Part shown: positions 58,783 to 64,000 of the stretch, one piece after another
How positions within the stretch are numbered: position 1 is the first letter of the stretch
Layout of the letters: each line of letters begins with the position of its first letter
NCBI GenBank assembly: GCA_965229495.1
Contig: OZ245880.1
Location: 2,141,012 to 2,205,011 of the forward strand
DNA from: Gammaproteobacteria bacterium
Lineage (GTDB): Bacteria; Pseudomonadota; Gammaproteobacteria; CBDBNL01; G965229495
DNA length: 64,000 bases
Reading direction: 5' to 3'
Notes under the pieces: generated by a model
What the model saw: only the letters and a program-made list of their open reading frames with translations
Told to the model about the DNA's origin: nothing
The model's database searches: none
Position numbers and translations under genes: made by a program

Positions 58783-59823
58783 ATGAAAATCAATGTTCTA
58801 CCCCCCCCCCCCCCCCCCCCCCCCCGCGCGCATAAATTACTGATTATAGTAAATATTTTTGCGTTTTTGTTATCTTCTTGCTCCGATGGCGACGATGACA
58901 CTTTACTAAGCCCGCTACCCAACGACTTCACGGCAACAGCAAGCGATAGCCAGGTAACTCTGAGTTGGACGCAACACCCAGAAGCGACCTACAGCCTTTA
59001 CCACAGTAGCGACTCCAGTTGTGATATGAGCAACTACAGCCTCTGCAGCGATGGGGCTATGTTCACTAGTAAATCCTCGGGCTTCGTCGACGCTGGCTTG
59101 ACCAACGGCACTACTTATTACTACTGGATCGAATCCATACTCGATGGCATTACTTTTTTTGATGAGCAAGCTATCAGCGCTACTCCCAGAGCTGATAGCA
59201 GTATTGATTTAAGCAATGGCTTAATAGCTCATTATGAATTTGAAGGCAATGTCAATGACAGTAGTGGTAACGGTAATGACGGAGAGGTATTTGGCGACAT
59301 TAGTTACATTGATGGAGTAATAGGCCAAGCCATACATTTTGGTAATAGTAACGTCTACATCGCTATTAAAAGTAACTTCACGCTAGACGACTTCAGCATC
59401 GCTTTTTATGGGAAAGTCGATGCGCAAAGTAGCGCTAAGATTAATTTGTTGCAAGCGAATCAGAGTCACTCAGATAATATCTTCGGTCTTGCTTACGATA
59501 GCGACTTTGCCTATTTACTGCACAACAGCCAGACTACCAATTCACAGCACTATTACGATCTGTTAGTTACTGAATGGGCGAATTTTGTTTTGCAGCCAAA
59601 TGGTGTCGGTGGTTTTGATATTTATCTCGATGGTAATAAGGCGATAACTTTTTACCTTGCTCTAGAGGAAATGCTATTCGAGTATATAGTTCTGGCTCAG
59701 GGCTGTTTCGGGGAATGTTTTACTAGCGAGCAAAACTTAACTGGTAGCCTTGACGATTTGCGCATCTACAACCGCACCCTCAACGCAGAAGAAATACAAG
59801 CGCTTCGGATCGCCGAGTTGTAA
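58783..59823 (+). CDS. Lipoprotein with FN3-like and LamG/concanavalin-like jelly-roll domain (low-GC)
   Basis: Signal peptide with lipobox LLSSC. N-terminal poly-Pro encoded by a C25 tract. VTLSWT ... TYYYWI FN3-like segment, then LamG-like region. The last codons are supplied by the REP element. Confidence 0.6.
   Translation: MKINVLPPPPPPPPRAHKLLIIVNIFAFLLSSCSDGDDDTLLSPLPNDFTATASDSQVTLSWTQHPEATYSLYHSSDSSCDMSNYSLCSDGAMFTSKSSGFVDAGLTNGTTYYYWIESILDGITFFDEQAISATPRADSSIDLSNGLIAHYEFEGNVNDSSGNGNDGEVFGDISYIDGVIGQAIHFGNSNVYIAIKSNFTLDDFSIAFYGKVDAQSSAKINLLQANQSHSDNIFGLAYDSDFAYLLHNSQTTNSQHYYDLLVTEWANFVLQPNGVGGFDIYLDGNKAITFYLALEEMLFEYIVLAQGCFGECFTSEQNLTGSLDDLRIYNRTLNAEEIQALRIAEL
58801..58825 (+). repeat. 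Homopolymeric C25 tract inside the coding sequence
   Basis: 25 consecutive C directly counted (58801-58825), in-frame (PPPPPPPP) within the signal-peptide region. Confidence 0.9.
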
Positions 59824-59960
59824 GGATCGCCGAGTTGCATGGAGCGCCGAGTTGTACTCGGCAGGAGACGCCCGCATGGGCGTCTCCCCATTCGGAACGC
59901 CTATGTGCAGTTTGCATAGAGACGCCCCATCAACCGCAGTGGCAGGGGACTCGCAAGCTC
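59824..59960. repeat. REP-like composite palindromic repeat (locus 3)
   Basis: GATCGCCGAGTTG..CGCCGAGTTGTACTCGGCAGGAGACGCCCGCATGGGCGTCTCC plus the related AGAGACGCC half-site. Same family as 11966-12300. Confidence 0.8.
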
Positions 59961-59990
59961 ACCTCCAGCCAAGTACAACTTGGCGCCCAA

Positions 59991-60254
59991 TTACGCCCAC
60001 ATAGGCTTCTTCGCAGACAGCGGTCGGTAAATCTCGACTCGGTCGCCGGAGGTGAGTTGGTGGGAATTGGGGTTGGTCAAGATTTGACCAAAGATGCCGA
60101 CAGCGTAATCGTCGCCGAGTTCGGGGTAAGCGGTGATAAAGCCCGAGAGCTCGACGGCTTGTGCCGCAGTGCTGCCCGCAGCTAGGCTCAAGCTGCGCAT
60201 GCGTTGTTCGGAGGGGAAGGCTATGGCGACTTCGACGTCGATCTTAGCCGCCAT
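59991..60254 (-). CDS. RnfH-family ubiquitin-like protein (RatB-like)
   Basis: 87 aa, AQAVELSGF...GIFGQ...GDRVEIYRPL pattern of RnfH/YfjF. Sits downstream of ratA as in E. coli. Confidence 0.7.
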   Translation of the reverse strand: MAAKIDVEVAIAFPSEQRMRSLSLAAGSTAAQAVELSGFITAYPELGDDYAVGIFGQILTNPNSHQLTSGDRVEIYRPLSAKKPMWA

Positions 60255-60702
60255 AGCGGCGGTCGGCCTCTTGCACCAGGGACGATATTAAATTGGCAAA
60301 CGAAGCGTCGAGGTTGCTGGTGAAGGCGCGCTCCAGGAGTTTATTGCCCAAGCCGATACGCAAGTCGCAGCGTAACAGACATTGGTTGGGCCCGCGCGGC
60401 TCGAAAGTCCAACTGCCCGCAAGATTCCGCATCGGCCCCGAGACCAAGCTCATGCTGATGCGCTCGTAGGGATAGTGGCGGTTGCGGGTGCAAAGCTGAT
60501 AGCTGCGCACAGACCTCTTGAAGGTTAAGCAGCCCTGAAAGCTCTCGGCTAAGCCGCAGTCGAGCATTTGCGCGCTGGCGTCGCTAACTCGCGCCGAGAT
60601 GCACGCCGGAGCAAAATCAGGATAGGAGTTGACATCGGCGACCAGCATGAACATCTGCTCGACGCCATGCCGCGCTACCAGCTGATGCTGGATATCGATC
60701 AT
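60244..60702 (-). CDS. ratA: Type II toxin-antitoxin RatA/PasT-family toxin (SRPBCC fold)
   Basis: 152 aa, VEQMFMLVADVNSYPDF ... SWTFEP polyketide-cyclase/SRPBCC pattern. Overlaps rnfH by 11 nt. Confidence 0.75.
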   Translation of the reverse strand: MIDIQHQLVARHGVEQMFMLVADVNSYPDFAPACISARVSDASAQMLDCGLAESFQGCLTFKRSVRSYQLCTRNRHYPYERISMSLVSGPMRNLAGSWTFEPRGPNQCLLRCDLRIGLGNKLLERAFTSNLDASFANLISSLVQEADRRYGG

Positions 60703-60737
60703 CGCTTGGCAGCTCGCCGAGCGGTGGCGCAGTAGCC

Positions 60738-62123
60738 TCAGTTGAGTTGGCGCTCCAGGAACGGCGTATGTTGTCGGCGCACGCGCTTCTCCGAGCCGGC
60801 AGCGGCGGCGCGCACGAAATCACGCGTCGACAGTATGCGGTGCTTCTTCTGTAGTCGAGTCGAACCAGCTCTTTTCTCTGGTTGCAGCGCGTACAAACCC
60901 GCAGCCTGCTTCTGGTCGCTGGTGTTCATGCCGATATGCATCCGCTCGGGGTTGAAAGCCGCCTCGGGTTGCGGTGGATTGGGGTTGACGTGCACTTGCA
61001 TAGTGCCAGCCTTGCTGATGCTGCCAAAGTCAAAAGCCTCGTCCAAATCTTCGTCTTCGGCTTGAAACTGGGTAACGCCAGCGGCCACCACGGTTACTTG
61101 GATAACGCCATCGTCGAGCTCGTCGTCGATAACAAAACCGGTTTTCTTGACAAAACCATCGCTCGCGGTCTTGCCTGCCAGCTTCTCTTTCATAAAGCTA
61201 TTAATAGCCTTAATGTCGAGAAAGGCGGTGTTGTTATTAGTAGTGATGTTCACTAATAAGCCAGTGCAGCCCTCCAGCGAATAAGCCTCCAGGATCGGGT
61301 TCTCTATGGCTTGCTCTACTGTTTTCTCCAGAACATTCGAGCCCTGGTCTTTAATATTGCGCGAATCGCCGAAGCCTATTAGCGACAGGCGGTTGTCTTT
61401 GGAAGAGCGTAGCACATGGCAAATATCGGCAAAATCTATGTTGATCTCGCCCGGGCGAATAACCAGATTAGTAATTGAGCGCACAGCGTTACTCAAGACA
61501 TTATCGGCGGCGCTCAGAGTCAAGCGGTAATTCGCTCCTGGGAAGCATTCTTCGACTTTCTCATTGCTAATTACTATCAGCGAGTCGACTTTATCTTTGA
61601 GCATATCGATGCCGCGTTGGGCTTTCTCGATCCGGTCGCTCTCCCATGAAAAGGGCTTGGTAACGACACCGACTACCAGCACACCCAGCGAGCGCGCATA
61701 ATCGGCGATGGCAGGGCTGGCACCAGTGCCAGTGCCGCCGCCCATACCGCTGACGACAAAGATCGCCTGGTAGTTGACTAACAATTGCTCGAGCTTGGCG
61801 CGCGATTTCTCTGCGGCTCGACGACCATTATCGGGCACCATGCCCGCGCCTTGCCCGCGAGTATTCTCGAGTTGCAATGGCAAAACCTTGGGAGTAACAA
61901 TACTACGGAGCTTCTGCACGTCGGTCTCGACGCAGACAAAATCTATATCCTCGCTCCAAGGAAAACGCGCCATCGACTCCACGGCGTTGCAACCGCCGCC
62001 GCCGACCCCGATAACCCCGAAACGCACTGGCGATCTATTCAAAGCATCGCCAGTATCCGAGCCTTCTAAGTCGGCAAATAGTGATTGCTGCCGTAATTTT
62101 CCCAAGCCGTTTTGATCGCTCAT
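60738..62123 (-). CDS. ftsZ: Cell division GTPase FtsZ
   Basis: FGVIGVGGGGCNAVESM, tubulin signature GMGGGTGTGASP and VVTKPFSWE T7 loop. Long C-terminal linker. Confidence 0.9.
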   Translation of the reverse strand: MSDQNGLGKLRQQSLFADLEGSDTGDALNRSPVRFGVIGVGGGGCNAVESMARFPWSEDIDFVCVETDVQKLRSIVTPKVLPLQLENTRGQGAGMVPDNGRRAAEKSRAKLEQLLVNYQAIFVVSGMGGGTGTGASPAIADYARSLGVLVVGVVTKPFSWESDRIEKAQRGIDMLKDKVDSLIVISNEKVEECFPGANYRLTLSAADNVLSNAVRSITNLVIRPGEINIDFADICHVLRSSKDNRLSLIGFGDSRNIKDQGSNVLEKTVEQAIENPILEAYSLEGCTGLLVNITTNNNTAFLDIKAINSFMKEKLAGKTASDGFVKKTGFVIDDELDDGVIQVTVVAAGVTQFQAEDEDLDEAFDFGSISKAGTMQVHVNPNPPQPEAAFNPERMHIGMNTSDQKQAAGLYALQPEKRAGSTRLQKKHRILSTRDFVRAAAAGSEKRVRRQHTPFLERQLN

Positions 62124-62160
62124 TAGATACTCCTATGTCTATGTAATCTGTAATACTATT

Positions 62161-63507
62161 TCAGCTAACGCGCTGATGTAACTTATCCTTGGCCCGATAC
62201 CAGATATCCTGGCAATAGCCCAGCAGGGCACGATAACCCGGCTCGGCTTCGCTCTCATTGCTGCTACGCACCTCGCCGATTAAGTTAGCCGATAACGATT
62301 CCAGCACTTGCTGGTCGACTACGCTGGGCGCGCAATGCAGCAAGCCCACTGCCGTGGCAAACTTCGGGTGCTCAAGCAGCGCTGGATTGCGGGCACTCTG
62401 CAAACGCGCGGCGGCGACGCGCACGCGCAAATGCTCGAAAGGCTCGAAAGACCGCGCCAAATCGTACAAACCCTCAATCGCCGAAGCCCCACCAGTGAAT
62501 ACCAGCGTGCGCACGGCAAAATCGCCTTCGGCGGCGAGAATCGGCGTGCTCTTTTGTAGCTGCTGCATAATCTCCAGGTAAAAATCTTTACAGCAATTTG
62601 CCAGTTCCTCACGCGAGATCAGGCGTTCGTCCTCGTATTCGTACACCGAGGGCACTATCAAACTATTGGTGCCAGCGGTTTCGGGGAAGGCGCTACCGTG
62701 CAGGATCTTCAATTCCTCGGCCTTGCTCGGCGACAAATTGAAAAGCTCTTGCAGGTTGTCGGTCAATTGTTTACCACCGCACTTTATGTAGCCGGTGTAT
62801 ATCGGCTCGTCGGGTTGCTGCAAAATAGCCACCTTGGTGGTCTCGGCGCCGATGTCCACTAGCGCCACTTGGCCGAACTCGTAATCCTTGGGTCGCAAAG
62901 TCGATTTCGCCGAAGCCAGTTGCTCCAGCACCACCTCGACCCGAGCATCAGAATCGGAATATGATTGCAAACAGGCGCGAATATTCTTCAGCGCCACCGG
63001 TCGTGCTGCCACCAGATGCGCTTTTACTGTCAACTTGGAGCCGCTCTGCCCGCAAGGATTGTGTAGCCGCTCCAGGTCGTCGACCGAGTAACACAGTGGT
63101 AGAATGTGAATTACTTCGCTACTCGCCGATTTCTCCGAATTCTGCGCCTCGCGCTTTTGAATCAAAGCTATTAACTGGTCGGTATCCTGGCGGGTAATCT
63201 TTTGGGATTCGGGCGATAAATCCTCTACTACTTCTTTGGAAGCGCACAGCGGCGCCGAGATTGACACCATAAACGAAGCTATATCGTCGCTGACGTTATT
63301 GGCGGTTATCCGAGCGGCGCGCAAAGCCGCGCTCACGGCGTCGCTAACCCTATTGATATCAATGATAAAACCATTGCGAATCGCCCCTTGCAAGGGCTCG
63401 ACACCGCAGCCGAGTATCTCTATAGCGCTATCTTGTTTGCTGCCGAGTAGAACTACACACTTGGACTTACCAATATCTACTGCAGCGATTAACTTACTTC
63501 TGCTCAT
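62161..63507 (-). CDS. ftsA: Cell division protein FtsA (divergent)
   Basis: ATG at 63507. Actin-fold phosphate motifs AAVDIGKSK and LVDIGAETT. C-terminal TGGASAIEGL...ATAVGLL parallels E. coli FtsA TGGAAQIEGL...STAVGLL. Confidence 0.8.
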   Translation of the reverse strand: MSRSKLIAAVDIGKSKCVVLLGSKQDSAIEILGCGVEPLQGAIRNGFIIDINRVSDAVSAALRAARITANNVSDDIASFMVSISAPLCASKEVVEDLSPESQKITRQDTDQLIALIQKREAQNSEKSASSEVIHILPLCYSVDDLERLHNPCGQSGSKLTVKAHLVAARPVALKNIRACLQSYSDSDARVEVVLEQLASAKSTLRPKDYEFGQVALVDIGAETTKVAILQQPDEPIYTGYIKCGGKQLTDNLQELFNLSPSKAEELKILHGSAFPETAGTNSLIVPSVYEYEDERLISREELANCCKDFYLEIMQQLQKSTPILAAEGDFAVRTLVFTGGASAIEGLYDLARSFEPFEHLRVRVAAARLQSARNPALLEHPKFATAVGLLHCAPSVVDQQVLESLSANLIGEVRSSNESEAEPGYRALLGYCQDIWYRAKDKLHQRVS

Positions 63508-63616
63508 GTCTATGACCGAACTAATGCGAAAAGTCCCATTGGGAACTGCTGCGATTATGCGAGCGGCCCTTGGCGGCAGTGCCAATTAAGCGACATAGTC
63601 CGATAATTTGCAGCTT

Positions 63617-64000
63617 ATGAGTAGAGACGCCGCTCCTGCCACTGGCTATTTTTTCGCCTTCGGAGCCTACATCATCTGGGGGCTGTACCCCTTCTTCTGG
63701 AGCCAACTCAACCACGTCGAGCCCTTGGAGATACTCGCGCACCGCATTCTCTGGTGCCTGCCTTGCGCCCTACCGATTCTGCTCAGTCGACAAAACCGCG
63801 AACAGCTCCGCAGCCTCAAGCACGCCAAGCAATGGCTCTTCGTAACTCTCAGCGCGTTATGTATCACTAACAACTGGTTCTTATACATCTGGATGGTCAG
63901 CAACGAGCGCGTGCAAGACGCCAGTCTCGGCTACTTCCTCACCCCGCTCATGGGCGCCGTGCTCGGCGTAGTGATTTACAGGGAGCGGCTGAATATTACT
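63617..64000 (+). CDS. rarD: EamA-family transporter RarD (partial; continues past window end)
   Basis: ATG at 63617. FFAFGAYIIWGLYPFFW ... NNWFLYIWMVSNERVQDASLGYFLTPLMGAVLGVVIYRERL matches the RarD pattern. Confidence 0.7.
   Translation, partial: MSRDAAPATGYFFAFGAYIIWGLYPFFWSQLNHVEPLEILAHRILWCLPCALPILLSRQNREQLRSLKHAKQWLFVTLSALCITNNWFLYIWMVSNERVQDASLGYFLTPLMGAVLGVVIYRERLNIT

Overview
This window is a high-GC (roughly 60%) gammaproteobacterial chromosome segment. It is densely packed with housekeeping genes on both strands: sdhCDA, lpxA, fabZ, fpr, argB, leuS, tRNA-Val, thrS, infC, aceB, a type II secretion gspCDE fragment, deoA, upp, lpxL-family, pssA, dcd, yraN, lpoA, rsmI, pepA, ispF, hflD, cyoE, gabD, recA, ratA/rnfH, ftsA-ftsZ and rarD. 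Many canonical neighbourhoods are broken: there is no lpxD/lpxB, no rpmI-rplT after infC, no gspF-M, and ftsAZ sits outside a dcw cluster. Several lower-GC insertions punctuate this backbone.

The most striking is a translationally coupled KAP-family P-loop NTPase plus a 1075-aa NACHT/STAND NTPase. The pair is inserted on the opposite strand between the nucleotide-salvage genes deoA and upp. The NACHT gene carries an in-frame GC-rich 30-bp tandem repeat. I consider this pair the best candidate for an undescribed, probably antiphage/NLR-like system.

Other notable signals:
- A ~145-bp near-identical regulatory module is duplicated, in the same orientation, upstream of a Gfo/Idh/MocA-kinase-sulfatase-MBL operon and of gabD, 27 kb apart.
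- A 25-nt poly-C tract lies in-frame in the signal peptide of a low-GC FN3/LamG-like lipoprotein gene. It is a candidate phase-variation switch.
- A composite double-palindrome REP-like repeat family occurs at three loci. One copy is a 4-unit tandem array next to an Rpn-family nuclease/transposase-like gene.
- A low-GC two-gene small membrane-protein cassette sits where the permease genes of a sugar ABC transporter would be expected.
- Malate synthase carries a C-terminal Asn/Ser-rich low-complexity insertion.

All calls are from reading the translations and sequence by eye. No database searches were run.
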